A stretch of DNA of 64,000 nt from Octopus sinensis. Its lineage: Eukaryota. The notes below the pieces were generated by a model. The model was not told where the DNA came from. It worked only from the letters and a program-made list of their open reading frames with translations, and made no database searches. The stretch covers positions 154,876,001-154,940,000 of the forward strand of contig NC_043000.1 of NCBI RefSeq assembly GCF_006345805.1, written 5' to 3'. The position numbers were made by a program, and so were the translations under genes. How positions within the stretch are numbered: the first letter of the stretch is position 1; every line of letters starts with the position of its first letter. Below, in pieces: positions 24,293 to 37,705 of this stretch.

Positions 24293-24515
24293 AATGGATA
24301 ATATATGTGTGTGTGTGTGTGTGTGTGTTCAAAAAGAACGCATAATACAAATACAACTAAGCACAAACGAAAAGGACAAAGGAAAAGACATACAGAACGG
24401 AGCCAAATCCCCTTCGGATATATATATATATATATATATATATCAGCGGTGGTGCCCCAGCATGGCCGCGGCCTTCGAGCTAAAACATTTTTAAAGATTT
24501 AAGGATTTATATATA

Positions 24516-24561
<46 letters not shown>

Positions 24562-25541
24562 ATAAGCACACGCACACGCACATACTGTATATTACGTTGA
24601 TTTCCAAATACAAACCTCAACATATATGTGTGTGTGCACGTGTGTATCTATCTATCTACACACACACACTTATACACACATACATACTTACATACATGCA
24701 TGGATACATACGTACGTATATACATGCATACAGACACACATATTTCACACACATATATGTATATATATATATCGGAAATACAGTTTACTTAGTATTATTT
24801 TATCCATGGTTCAAAGGAGAGGTGTCATGATATTTTTATTTTTATGTCATGAAATTTTGAATTTCGTAACAAATTAAGTTGGTTACATCATGTATAGCCT
24901 GCAGTTATAAAATACTTTACATAGTCATCAATATTTTTGCTTTCAATGATGCTATTAAGATAATTACTAATAGGCATTAGCAATTTCTTTAAATTTGAAT
25001 TTGGCGCCATTTCGACAAAAATGTTATTGCTTGGTCTTTATTTTTGTTTTTGTGACGGTCCCGAAAAAATGTATTTGGGAACAATTAAATTTAAAGTAGT
25101 TTTTTTTGTATTTTATGTATATGTAGTTACTGTTATTTCTTTATGGTTTGTAATTTATAAATTAGCGGAAGTTAAGAGAGAAAAACCTACACAAAATTCA
25201 TATAAAGAGTTGCTTAGGTACCAATTATTTGGTACCAATTCTTTGGAAGGAAACTATCTTTTGTTATTTTCTTGCCAACGTTAAGAGCAACAATCGAAGT
25301 AAATAGGGGGACTGGATACAACCTGGCTGAAATCACTAAAATACCTTAGTATGTAGTTAAGAAAATTCACTTTGCAGCCACGTGATTTTAGGTTCAGTCC
25401 CACAGGATTGCATCAAAGGTAAATGTTGTTTACTATATAGTCCGGGCCAACTGATACTTTGTGTGTGAATTTGGTGCGCGGAAATTGTTTGGAAGCTTCG
25501 TCAAGTGTGTATTGTGTGTGTGTATATATATATATATATAC

Positions 25542-25767
25542 AAGCTGGCAGAAACGTTAGCACGCCAGGCGAAATGCGTAGCCGTATTTCACCTGTCGTT
25601 ACGTTCCGAGTTCAAATTCCGCCGAGGTCGACTTTGCCTTTCATCCTTTCGGGGTCGATAAATTAAGTACCAGTTACGCACTGGGGTCGATGTAATCGAC
25701 TTGATCTCTTTGTCTGTCTTTGTTTTGTCTCCTCTATGTTTAGCCCCCTTGTGGGCAATAAAGAAAT
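25542..25767 (+). mobile_element. SINE family B
   Basis: GCTGGCAGAAACGTTAGCACG...GAGTTCAAATTCCGCCGAGGTCGACTTTGCCTTTCATCC...; matches 30294-30527, 37388-37617, 38524-38751 and 50475-50706. Confidence 0.9.
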
Positions 25768-25936
25768 TATATACATATATATATATCTTTGCATGTGTGT
25801 GCGTGCGTGTTTGTGTACGACCCCATAACCTAGCGGTTCAGCAAAAGGGAATGATAGTACAAGTACTGGAGACATTTTCTCCTAACTAACCGTACAAGGT
25901 GGTGCTGCAGTCCAATGACTGAAACTAGCAGAAGCG

Positions 25937-26003
<67 letters not shown>

Positions 26004-26500
26004 GTATACTCGTATATATATATTTGAACACTGCATATGTGTACGTATGCATTTCTGAAATATCTACTGTATATATTTGCAAATGTATCTAAAGAAGAAT
26101 AACCTAATGTCAGCTTAGTTCCTCTACGCTCTTTTTCTCTCTTTAGATACGTACACACATACACATACATTCGAGGGAAGATATTGTATAGCTATTAAAT
26201 ATTCATTAAACTTTATCAGTGTTAGATAAGTCTATATCAACATATACAAAAAAAAAAGTGTTCTTTGAATGAATAAATGAATGAAACATAACTTGTTTGG
26301 ATAATAATACGCATAACTATGAACATATTAAGATAAAAATAATGCTTGTGGTATACCAAAATATCGCGAAGTGGAACAACGTAAAAAGGAAACAACACTC
26401 ACCGAAATGAAGATTATTCTATCAATGAGATACTCAATGAAATTTGTAATCCGTTAAATGTTTTCGCTGGTATATTATTGATTTGTTTTTCGCACAATGA

Positions 26501-26552
26501 TTATATATATATATATATATATATATATAGATAGATAGATAGATAGATATAT

Positions 26553-26596
<44 letters not shown>

Positions 26597-26658
26597 ATAT
26601 ATATATATATAATATATAATATAGATAGATATATAGATAGATATATATATATATATAT

Positions 26659-26691
<33 letters not shown>

Positions 26692-26863
26692 TAGATGATA
26701 GATAGGTATATATATATATATATATATAGATAGATAGGTATATTATAGATAGATAGATAGATAGGTATATATATATATATATAGATAGATAGATAGGTAT
26801 ATATATAATATATATATATATATATAGATAGATAGATAGGTATATATATATAGATAGATAGAT

Positions 26864-26896
<33 letters not shown>

Positions 26897-26912
26897 TAGA
26901 TATATATATATC
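26501..26912. repeat. Compound (AT)n/(AGAT)n microsatellite, ~410 bp
   Basis: Direct reading of the sequence. Confidence 0.95.
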
Positions 26913-27684
26913 ACAGGGAAAGCAGAGAATACCTTGTCATAAATTTGGCATTTGGCATAAACATATGAACTGATTTAAGCTTAGACCCCAAAAATGAGCA
27001 TTCTGAGACAGCTGTAAAATATGATAGTTGCTATGTAGAGTTAAGAATCAAGCGAAGAGAAATAGGTAACCCTCATGTGATGGAGCAACCCTGCCAAAGG
27101 AAAACAGATGGGTAGATGGTAGATGTAGGGAAAGAGTAACGTGTGTTTGTGCTGTTGTAGTTTTGAATAATGGGACATTATGATAGCGTTTGCAATGATT
27201 GGTTTTGAAAGGGGCAATGCTTTTTTAAGGAATCCAAATCGTTGGGACTTCGACGAATGAAATAAGATTTATGTATGTATTCATATATGAAATTGTGTGT
27301 ACGTATATATGTGTGTGTGTGTGAGTATGTGCACGCACATATACGTGAACTTAAAGCTTGCAGGATTCTGTTGTTCTAAGAAGAAAGAATTTCAAACTGG
27401 TTTTTCAACTTTGCACTAGAAACACGTTGCACGAAATCAATATGATAGGGGTTTCTTCGCAAAAGATCAAGATATACCGATTGCAACGTCAGTGAATATC
27501 GTTTAAGATATTCGTTATGTTCTTATGTGATGGCTGCTTGTCCACGATTATTTGTAATCAGCAGCAACAGTGGGCATTCATGCTTCCACTAGAAAGATTT
27601 TTGTCTGGATAAAGGAGTCTTGTCTATGTATTTAGTGTGTATTTGTGTAAGCGTGGGAGAATATATAGTTGAGAGAGAGAGAAA

Positions 27685-27716
<32 letters not shown>

Positions 27717-27720
27717 AAAA

Positions 27721-27764
<44 letters not shown>

Positions 27765-27917
27765 AAAATAGAAAGAATGCGTGTTCATAAGAGGAATGTT
27801 GCGAAAGGTAAAGGATGAGGCAAAAAAAAAATCATATACGTACATCGTTATTAAAGTATCTTAAAGGCAAAAGGCAAACAGAAACACACATACAATCATT
27901 TACACACACACACACAC

Positions 27918-27964
<47 letters not shown>

Positions 27965-28904
27965 CAGGCAGAGACTGAAAGAGAGAGAGAAGGAAAGAGA
28001 AAAAGGGGAAAACAGAAAGAGAGAGAGAGAGAAAGAGAAAGACAGATCTAGAGGAAGACATATGAAGAGGGAAATAGAGAGAGGGAAAGAGCTTATTTTT
28101 TATTAAAACTGAAATTTTCTTGATGTTCATTTTCATAAAATTAAAGAGTCGAAATACAATCCTTTATTCTGACTCTTTCAGGAAGGGTTGAGATTCTTTT
28201 CGTTTTTATAAAAATATAACTATTTTTCTAATAATTCAACTCTAATATGTAGAAGACTTAGACACTTTTAGTCTGAAAGAGTGTTGGTGTTAAATTTTTT
28301 CGACTTGAAAGTATATCACATTCTAATTGGTAGCACTTTTATTTAATCCAGCGTAATTATTGAGGTTTTTTTTTCGCTTCTTTTAAGTTTAATAATCCAA
28401 GTATTTATGAGAAAAGAGTAAAAGCATAGATTGTCTTGTGGCATTCGTTTCGGTCCTCTGTACTCTGAGATAAAAATGCCATCAAGATCAACTTTGACTT
28501 GTAATACTTCCGGGGTCGATAACTAAAGTACCACTCATATACCGAGATCGATTATTCTGTTTATTTCTCGCCTTTTCTTTCTATCAGAATCTCTCTGTGG
28601 AAGAAATTGACTGATCAAAACTAGAGAAGGATGGGCTCCCTCAAGTTTGATAACGCCCAAGATGTCGTATGCCGTGACAGAGCCCTACGACTCCATCAGA
28701 AGTTTACGGCCCTCGGCCAAGTCATTCGGGAATTCAAGTTCTGTTTCCCTTACTTATGGACAATCATTCCTGCTCTCCTTCTCTTGACGTCAACAAAGTT
28801 GATCTCCCGTTGATGGATACTTCTAGTATGTAGTAGTAGTCGTGATGAATCTCCATCGTTTCACAGTGAAGGTTCAAGTGTTCAATTAGCTGAATTATCT
28901 GCAC

Positions 28905-29190
28905 TTGAATGGAAGTGTAAGTGGCGGAGCATTCTACAGACACCTATGCCCTTATAAAGTGATTCTCAGGTAAAGTCAGTGTGACTAACTGTAGTACAAG
29001 TTTGTACCTTTTAAATTACAGGTAAAAATCCACCAGACAGGCTTCTATAGAGTTTCCGTCTGTTCAATTTCACTCAAAAGGTATGATTCAACCCGATGCC
29101 ATAGAAAATTATGCACGATACCGCGCCGTGGGAATAGAACCGTGACCTACTGTTTGCAAACCAAATTCTTAACCATTCTGCTATGCTATA
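28905..29190 (-). mobile_element. Old mosaic SINE (A-like head, C-like tail)
   Basis: GTAAGTGGCGGAGCATTCTACAGACAC resembles the C tail; AGAGTTTCCGTCTG..GCCGTGGGAATAGAACC resembles the A head and body; diverged. Confidence 0.55.
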
Positions 29191-30293
29191 CATACACACG
29201 CATTGCATCAGCGATTTGTATAAATAGGGCTACATCTTCCTATGTGATATGTTGTAATTTGAGACAGTAGGATGTGATTGAGGGAAGTTTACTTACTATA
29301 ACTAAGTGGTTGGGCATCCACGCAGACGTTTTCACTGATTAACTCCAGGTAAACATTGCTGTTTTTCAGTCGTTGTCGAACGGAACTACAATATAAAATC
29401 CCGTCTTTTCTAATATAAGGAATTATATTTAAAAGGATAGGGTGTATCTGTGAGATTTAGTTGCTATTTTCATCAGGTTGAACGACTATGTGCTGGCTAC
29501 CTGTTGAAGAAATTTGTCTACCAATGAATGACTAATTCTCTACCGCTCATTACATTAAACTTTCATAACTTCAGAATAGGTGGCTGAATCACAGGCAAGA
29601 AGGTTTGTAATTTCTGGGAACTTGTTGCCTGTGGATACGGTATGAATTTGATTTACTGAGGTGAATGTGAAGAAGGGGAGATTTTTCGGCCACACACCTT
29701 GACATCGTAACCACGTCATTTATAACGTGATAGATAGAATAATTTATCAAAATGTTAAACTTTGTTTTTGACTTCATGTGCTCACACAGATAGTAAAACA
29801 AACATTCCACTTATTTGTGGCATCGTAGGTGATAATGTTGGCATAAAATAGGTTCAGGAGTTCAATCTCTACTGTAGCATGGCACTTGATGACGGAGAGT
29901 AAATGATTCGTAATATTGCTTTGATAAGAAAAATAAAATAATTTACCGTTTGAAACGTTGTTGTTAATCGTAAAACACAACAGAAAATATAATTTTATAG
30001 CTGGATATTTTCTCCATCAGTATTATTTATGTCGAGCTTACACTTTTCTTCGTTGCTAATCAAAGTTTAGTAATATAAAGATGACTGAGTGGCTGAAATT
30101 GTAGAACACCCTACAGTAGCCTTGGTTTGCTTCCTGACACGAATAAAGAAAAGGGAGTCAGCGGAGAAATAACTTTCTATTTCTCAAAACCCTTTTAACT
30201 ATTGGTTTCAAGTTTTGGCACAAGGCCAGAAATTTTGAGGAGGGTATAAGTCAATTACGTCGACCCCAGTGTTCAACTGGTACTAACTTAATA

Positions 30294-30527
30294 TAAGGCG
30301 GCGAGCTGGCCGAAACGTTAGCACGTTGGGCGAAATGCGTAGCCGTATTTCGTCTGCCGTTACTTTCTGAGTTCAAATTCCGCCGAGGTCGACTTTGCCT
30401 TTCATCTTTTCGGGCTCGATAAATTAAGTACCAGTAACGCACTGGGATCGATGTAATCGACTTAATCCGTTTGTCTGTCCTTGTTTGTCCCCTCTGTGTT
30501 TAGCCCCCTGTGGGTAGTAAAGAAATA
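30294..30527 (+). mobile_element. SINE family B nested in an older inverted B-like element
   Basis: 15-bp TSD GGTACTAACTTAATA at 30279-30293 and 30528-30542. Confidence 0.93.
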
Positions 30528-33167
30528 GGTACTAACTTAATAAAAGGCAAAGTCGATCCTTTAATTATTAAGTTCATAAATGCATAGACTAAAGGCCTTA
30601 TGATAGAAAATTTCGTGCTTCTACGCACTGAGTTCAAATTTTGTGGAGACTGCCTTGGGTTTTCAGCTTTTGCAGGGTCGAAGCGATATTCTGAATACCA
30701 GAATATGCCAGGATAGATTTTATCGACTGTGTGCTCTTGAGATATTTGCAGCTTTATTAAAACATGAAGAATCAACAATATATTCTATGTTCTAATTCTC
30801 TAAATATACTCAGATTTTAAAATGCCATTGTTTACCAAAACATTGTTTGTCTTTAACTGATTGACCATTCTCACAAACTGTGTAGTGTTGTCGATATGCT
30901 CCAGAGGTGTATAGAAAAATTTGAAAGAATTACTGCAAACGAAGGTTAATTGAGTTGATGGCGTTCAGCAAAGGAAGGCTTCAGACAATCGTTTAGATGG
31001 CTGGCACTCAGAAATAAATCAGATGTCAATTAACATTTATATATAAAAAATAAGAGCTGTTAAACTCTCAAAAACCATGATAACGTACAAAGGAAATAAG
31101 TGGCTGTTGAAAAGCAAAAATTTCTTCTCTTGAAACAAATTCATCATATTTACGCCATTAATGACTTTGGAAATGACACGAATGTCACAATTTCCTATTT
31201 TCTTCCTTTCAAAACTGCAGGGCGTCTATGACTGATGAACAAAATGCTATGTGAAAGAAGGGCCTAAAGCTGAAAAAAATACAATGTTCACTTCTCTATT
31301 TGGTAAATTGTAAATAAAATGTTAGCGTTGAAGTGAATTTTCTCACGCCGACAGTAACTATTTTTAGGTAATTTCACAGAGAAAACTACATATATAGGGT
31401 ATTCCTTCTTAGTCAGAGGTGACTCAATGACGTCAACAGAGGTCATAGGTCTTATTACATAAGTTCGTCTAGCGTTAACTGCACATTGAATTCTTTGTTC
31501 TAGCGAGCTTCAGAAAATTTTAGGTTATCCGACTTTTAGGGTAATGTTAAATAAATAAGTAGTTTTTGAGGGAGGTGGTATTAGTAGCGTTGGTGGCGAT
31601 TAGAAATCACAGAAGAAGCAGTTTGAATAAATATATTGAGCTGTGCCAGTAGAAAACCATTGACAATGCCATCTATTTCTTTTTATAACTTTTAAATTGA
31701 TTTCCTATTAATAAATCACTTAAAAGTTTCTTTTAACTCAGTCTGTTATATCAATAATAAAAAGGAAAATATAAAATACTCTAAAACTTCAAATGCAAAA
31801 GTAAATATACAAATCTGGAAGGCTGATGATAAATCTGTAACAGAGCTTTTGGTATTCGCTCCAAAACTTATCACTTCAAATTTTGATATCAGTTCTCTGA
31901 GGAAAAGCCAGTAACACACTCATAGGAATCAGGTTTATACAGAAACATTCACAAAACGACATAAAAACAGAATGTTTTCTACTACAAACACACGCCTTCT
32001 TTACGACGAAATCACTCCTCCCTTTCTGTTCTGCAAGATAACCAAAACGGCTGCGACTATTATAAATATAGGCTACCAATATTTATCGATAGAAGGGCGG
32101 ATAATGGAGCAGCAGAAATACAAGCGAGCTGGGTTGAATGCCTTACAATATTTAGTTACGTCTCTTTAGAATCCTGAGTTTAAATGTCGCAGAGGCTGCC
32201 GTTGTTTTGTTGCCTTTCGAGGATCAATAAAATAAATATTTGTGATGCACTAGTTACAAACACACCCTTGTAACTCTTTCAGTATATCAGAGACTGGTCC
32301 ACTAAATCAGAAAATTGAATAATTAGTTTTGTTATAATATAAGTAATGAAATCGATTAGCTACTCTTCTCTCTAGAATTTGTAGTCCTGTGACAATGTAA
32401 TAATTCGATATTTATCCATCGAAGTAATTCCAGAGAAACCCAAACTATAATGCGGTCCCAACAAGAGGTAGATTTCTATGATACAATATGTTACAATCCT
32501 ATTTCTTTGAATGTATACTTGTGTCTAAGAACCTTTGAACTGAACATACAGTCAACGTCTCTCTAGCAAAAATGAGTGGTACATAAAAACATTGATGGTG
32601 AACAAGCGATCTATAAGACCACATTGAGAGTGTTGAATCCTCAATTCTTGTCACAATATTAGACTGGAAAAAAAAATCCCCTCACTCATGTAAAACCTGA
32701 GGCTCGATGAGATTTTGATTGTCTCAACCTATATTGGGTCACTGGGAGGTTAAGTTTTTCTCTCTGATCAGTGGATGCATTTCTGTGCACACCTCATTCA
32801 CTGTAACCAATTTCACGCATATGAAGTTTTTTGAACCACAAATGGACCGTTCAAAAGTGCTCGTGGCTGCAGCGGCATTCGGAGCATCCCACATCTCTGC
32901 GATGAGGAAATACCGGCACTCCGGCAACTTTCTGATTCGATGAAGGCACATGTTTATCATAGATTGTATCAGTTATAACTCAGTTCGTCCGCACGACAGC
33001 TTCCCACGTTGCTGCTTTTTAAGGAATGCTACTGGGGTCTAAAATGGTCGTAATCAGACAAGGGGCAACTTCCACCAGCTGTCTAAGAAGCCCATTGAAA
33101 AAGCCACTGGTTATGGTGATAATGGTTTTCAAGAATAAGTCACGTGTTAGTTTCCTTAACATTTATA

Positions 33168-33548
33168 TCTCTCTCTATATAAACGGCAGTTTGTCTGTCT
33201 GCGTGTCTGTGTGTCTGTTAGGTTGTACCCTCACCCTGACCACGGCTTTCAACCGATTCTGATGAAACTTGACACACACATAGCCCAATGTCATAATTCA
33301 AAACTAACGCAGCGAAAATTTTGAAAAGTTCCTCCAGTTCTGAAAAAAATCGATAAATTCGACATGGGGTCGAGAATCAGAAACACAAACCACAGACTGT
33401 CTAGGGGACGCAACTCGACCTTTTTAACTCTCAAAAAAAATTTACCATAATTTTTTTTCCATTTTTTTGCTATTTTTTGGCTATAACTCTAAAAATGCTT
33501 TATAGTTATTTCCTTACAAACCCGAGCAACGCCGGGCGATACTGCTAG
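33168..33548 (+). mobile_element. Non-autonomous Helitron (sister of 45274-45648)
   Basis: A|TCTCTCTCTATATAAACGGC 5' end; CCCG-AGCAACGC-CGGG hairpin then CGATACTGCTAG|T; no TSD. Confidence 0.9.
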
Positions 33549-33980
33549 TTATTTATAAATGAAAAGAAAGTATCTAACCTACTATCATTAAATTCGTCGT
33601 TGAACATATCAAGGAAGGATTACTGGCGACAGCTTTTAAACTAAGTTTATTTGAGAGACAATAACTCAAGCAACTTATCCGGTAAATTGCCAAACATTGA
33701 AGAATGTAGATTAACCCCAGCCAGTCGAGCTCATTATCCAGTTGATGAAATAGATTTCTAACCTCTGTTTATAAAGTTTGGTAAAGTTCACAATAATAAA
33801 TTATACCTTTTTCTAAATTTTAATGTTTCTTGCCTATTCAGTAACAACACACATACATTATTGTTATACGCAATGAGCACATACTGTTAAGTATACTAGT
33901 CAAGAGCGCAATTAGTAATATCTAGTGAATCTATTAATCAAGTTTTATGATTTAGGCTAATTAGTTTAAGGCACTAACAA

Positions 33981-34403
33981 CATAGGCGCAGGAGTGGCTG
34001 TGTGGTAAGTAGCTTGCTAACCAACCACATGGTTCCGGGCTCAGTTCCACTGCGTGGCATCTTGGGCAAGTGTCTTCTGCTATAGCCCCGGGCCGACCAA
34101 TGCCTTGTGAGTGGATTTGGTAGACGGAAACTGAATGAAGCCTGTCGTATATATGTATATGTATATACATATTTATGTGTATGTGTTTATGTGTCTGTGT
34201 TTGTCCCCCTAGCATTGCTTGACAACCGATGCTGGTGTGTTTACGTCCCCGTTACTTAGCGGTTCGGCAAAAGGGACCGATAGAATAAGTACTAGGCTTA
34301 CAAAGAATAAGTCCCGGGGTCGATTTGCTCGACTAAAGGCGGTGCTCCAGCATGGTCACAGTCAAATAACTGAAACAAGTAAAAGAGAGTAAAAGAGAGA
34401 GTA
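33981..34403 (+). mobile_element. SINE family A, full length
   Basis: CATAGGCGCAGGAGTGGCTGTGTGG head through the (GAGTAAAAGA)n tail. Confidence 0.93.
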
Positions 34404-35202
34404 TAGTGTTATATAACAATAGAATGCAGGTTGATTTCTGATGTGATTCCTGTAATAATAATAAAAAAAAATGTCTCCATAAAGAAATATACAAGCAATA
34501 AACTGTTTAAAATGATACTTACATTACTAAAGTCGAAACCATGAAGGTAGACCTTAAAAAAATGAACCGGTTTTTCCTATAAGAAGTAGACAGCATCATT
34601 TTAAAATTGAATTTTCTTCCTTAATTCTCGTTTATGTTATCGAAGTTATATCCTGAAAAAAAAAAAAAGAAAATAAATAAAGTAATGAAAACATTAGCAG
34701 TCAAATAGAAAGTTCTTTAAAACTATATTTATTTTAGAACATAAATGGAACAATGGAACTTTTTCTTGGGGCATTAATGATGAAAATTATAAAATTATTT
34801 CAACTGAAAATCGAAACCGAATAGTGATCTTTGCCAGAAAATACCAGTTGTTCTTGGCTGCTTACTGCAAGTAGTTAAAGTTTCATCAAGTAAAATATAA
34901 AAACAAAACGATCCACTGAATTCACATTCTCTGGGGTTAAGCAGAATAAAATGCATCCATCTGGTGCTAAACAAAACTGTTTGAATAACAGGGAAATGGA
35001 TTTACCACATTTATTTTTACTTTATCATAGGGTAACGCTAGGGCTATCAATCTATCTCACTACTAGAAGTTCAGCAAAAACATATAGATAAGATTTTCTT
35101 TAAATATTCAATATAGAAAAACTAAAAGAAAGAAATAGCATTTAATATGTTTGTATAGTTAAATACAATAGGTTCCATTTGAAATTAGAAAGGATTATTA
35201 TT

Positions 35203-35730
35203 AAAGTGGCGAGCTGGCGGAATGGTTAGCTCACCAGACAAAAGGCTTAGCGGTGGTTTGTCTGTGTTTACGTTCTGACTTCAAATTCTACCTAAGTCAA
35301 CTTTGCTTTTCATCCTTTTGTGATGAAATACAGTATCAGCTGGGTTTATTGAGCGAAAACACCTAAAGCTCCACGAGCCTCCGGCAGGGGATGGTGGTGA
35401 TCCCTACTGAAATCTTTCACCACAACTTTCTCTCACTCTTACTTCCTGTTTCTGTTGTACCTGTATTTCAAAGGGCCGGCCTTGTCACTCTCTATGTCAC
35501 GTTGAATATCCCCGAGAACTACGTTAAGGGTACACGTGTCTGTGGAGTGCTCAGCCACGTACACGTTAATTTCACGAGCAGGCTGTTCCGTTGATCGGAT
35601 CAACCGAGACCCTCGTCGTCGTAACCGACGGAGTGCTTCCCACAGTATCAGCTGAGCGCAAGGGTCGATGTAATCGACTAGCCGCCGCCTCCAAAATTTC
35701 TAACCCTGTGTCTATAGCAGAAATAATTGT
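35203..35730 (+). mobile_element. Old B-like SINE split by a family C insertion
   Basis: GTGGCGAGCTGGCGGAATGGTTAGC head; the body resumes at 35642-35730 after the insert. Confidence 0.75.
35343..35641 (+). mobile_element. SINE family C, 5'-truncated, nested
   Basis: 13-bp TSD ACAGTATCAGCTG at 35330-35342 and 35642-35654. Confidence 0.93.
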
Positions 35731-35809
35731 TATTAGCTAAGGCCGAAATGTTTGCATACAAGGTAAAATGACTGACGATTGCGACGATGATAATAATAAT
35801 AATAATTCT

Positions 35810-36170
35810 TTCAACTATAGGTACAATTGTAGGAGAAGGGTGGCAATCGATTACATCGACCTCAGTACTAGACTGGCATTTTATCTTATCGACGATGGAA
35901 GGTCAAGTTGACTTCGACAGGATTTGAAATCAGGACGTACAGACCCAGAAGATATGCCGCTAAGCATTTTGTCCATGCTAACAATTCTACCAGTTCACCG
36001 CCTTATGAATAATGGTTTCAAATTTTAGCACAAGGCCAGCAATTTCGGAGGAAAAGGTGAGTCAATGACATCAACCCCAAGTGTTCTTATTTTATCGACT
36101 CCGAAAGGATGAAAGGTAAATTCAATTTGAACACAGAACGGAAAGATGGACGAAATGATGATAAGCCTTT
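35810..36170 (-). mobile_element. Two adjacent old B-like SINE remnants
   Basis: CGATTACATCGACC..TTATCGAC..GCTAAGCATTTTG..CACCGCCTT, then a second GGCACAAGGCCAGCAATTT-like..TTTTATCGACTCCGAAAGGATGAAAGG block. Confidence 0.65.
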
Positions 36171-36522
36171 ATGATTAATGAAAATTGATTGATTTTAACC
36201 TATGGTCAAAGGTGTACCAAAAAGAAAACAGGCGGAATAGTGGTGACATTCCTGCCATTACTTTTGCTTTTCTTAAAAGACAAAGGGAATAGTATGAAAA
36301 TAAATTAGTCGCTGAACCTGCAAGATATAACTGCTATTTAGAGGCCTCTTTGTTGTCTCGGAAACAATATTGTTCGTGCTGCTCAACTCCAGGCAATCCT
36401 GATCGAGCAGATCTTTACTTAAGGGCATTCCAGATGTGATAATAACACTATTTTAAGGTTATCTTAGGGTTGCATTATCTAACATGATTTTCACTTTTCT
36501 AAGATTGTAGGGCGTAATTTAA

Positions 36523-36739
36523 CCCTCTTGGGACACCAAGGCCGATTGATCGACCCAAGTGATACAAGCTGAAAAGGACACTGGGGCCGATCTATCGACC
36601 CGATGGAACAAGTGTTGTGAATGGTTGATTTTGAAGTGTAATAGCTAATTAGAGATCGCCTCACAGTAGATGTATCTCAATAGAAAAAAAAATGATCTTT
36701 TTGGCTACACATACCAAAACACCTTGTGTCTCAAAAGGT
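36523..36739. mobile_element. piggyBac-like MITE (old)
   Basis: TTAA at 36519-36522 and 36740-36743; imperfect TIR CCCTCTTGGGACAC / GTGTCTCAAAAGGT (11 of 14 complementary). Confidence 0.55.
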
Positions 36740-37387
36740 TTAAGGGAGATTTATCTGTTATTTCTTGCAGGTTGAGTGGTTACTTAAACGGTCTCTCGTT
36801 ATTGTTCATGTCAGTGGCGAACATCTGAGACAAAGTCGAGATATTGACACAGTTTCGATTTTATTAATGATCTTGAGAAAGATGTGAACACTTTACCCCT
36901 ATTTTTCCTAAAATAGGGAAAAGAGAGTAATATTTCTCCTTTCATTATTTGTTGCACTGAGAAAGGCATGTGGACATCCTCAGCTCATTCCTTTAAAGTG
37001 CTACTAGAAAAACGAATCTAACCAAAAGAACTCCGAATAAGTTCTTTCTACTGCAACTGCAGGTTGATCACTGTTTTGTTAGTGAAGGACACACATACAC
37101 ACATACACACAAACGATGAGTTGAGATGCGTCTCTTCTCGTCAAAAGTTAAGGTTAGCCGGTTTGATCGAAATAATGAATTCTAATCGGACCAGCAGTTT
37201 TTGGAGATAGGGTGAGTCGATACCATTGAGTCTAGCTCTTGACCGGTACTGTATTTTATCGACCCCGAAAGGATGAAATGCATAGCCGACTTGGACGTGA
37301 AACTTGAAAAAATACCGATAAGTATTTTGTCTGCTGAGTTAACAATTCTGCCGGTTCACCACCTTCATCGGAATGATAAAACGAGTA

Positions 37388-37705
37388 AGGCGGTGAGCTG
37401 GCAGAAACGTTAGCACGCCGGGCGAAATGCTTAGCAGTATTTCGTCTGCCGCTACGTTCTGAGTTCAAATTCCGCCGAGATCAACTTTGTCTTTCATCCT
37501 TTCGGGGTCGATTAAATAAGTACCAGTTACGCACTGGGGTCGATATAATCGACTTAATACGTGTGCCTATCCTTGTTTGTCCTCTCTGTGTAGCCCCTTG
37601 TGGGTAGTAAAGAAATAGGTATATCGTCTGTCTTTACGCTCTGAGTTCAAATTCTGCCGAAGTCGACTTTGCTTTTTATCCTTTCCAGGTGCCTAGGGTA
37701 GAAAA
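37388..37705 (+). mobile_element. SINE family B plus a partial second B unit
   Basis: Full B unit at 37388-37617, then an ~88-bp partial repeat; bracketed by GGAATGATAAAACGAGTA at 37370-37387 and 37706-37723. Confidence 0.85.

Noticed and set aside
26501-26914. Long ORFs made of IY/YI/CV/HT/ER repeats (also 44899-45200, 50244-50501, 51454-51825, 60294-60879, 62849-63427)
   Set aside because: Translations of microsatellites, not proteins.
28631-28813. GC-richer 60-aa ORF
   Set aside because: No recognisable domain or splice context; more likely an old LINE remnant.
30984-31019. DNRLDGWHSEIN peptide resembling the MULE transposase NNxxEGWH motif
   Set aside because: Too short and surrounded by stops to support a call.
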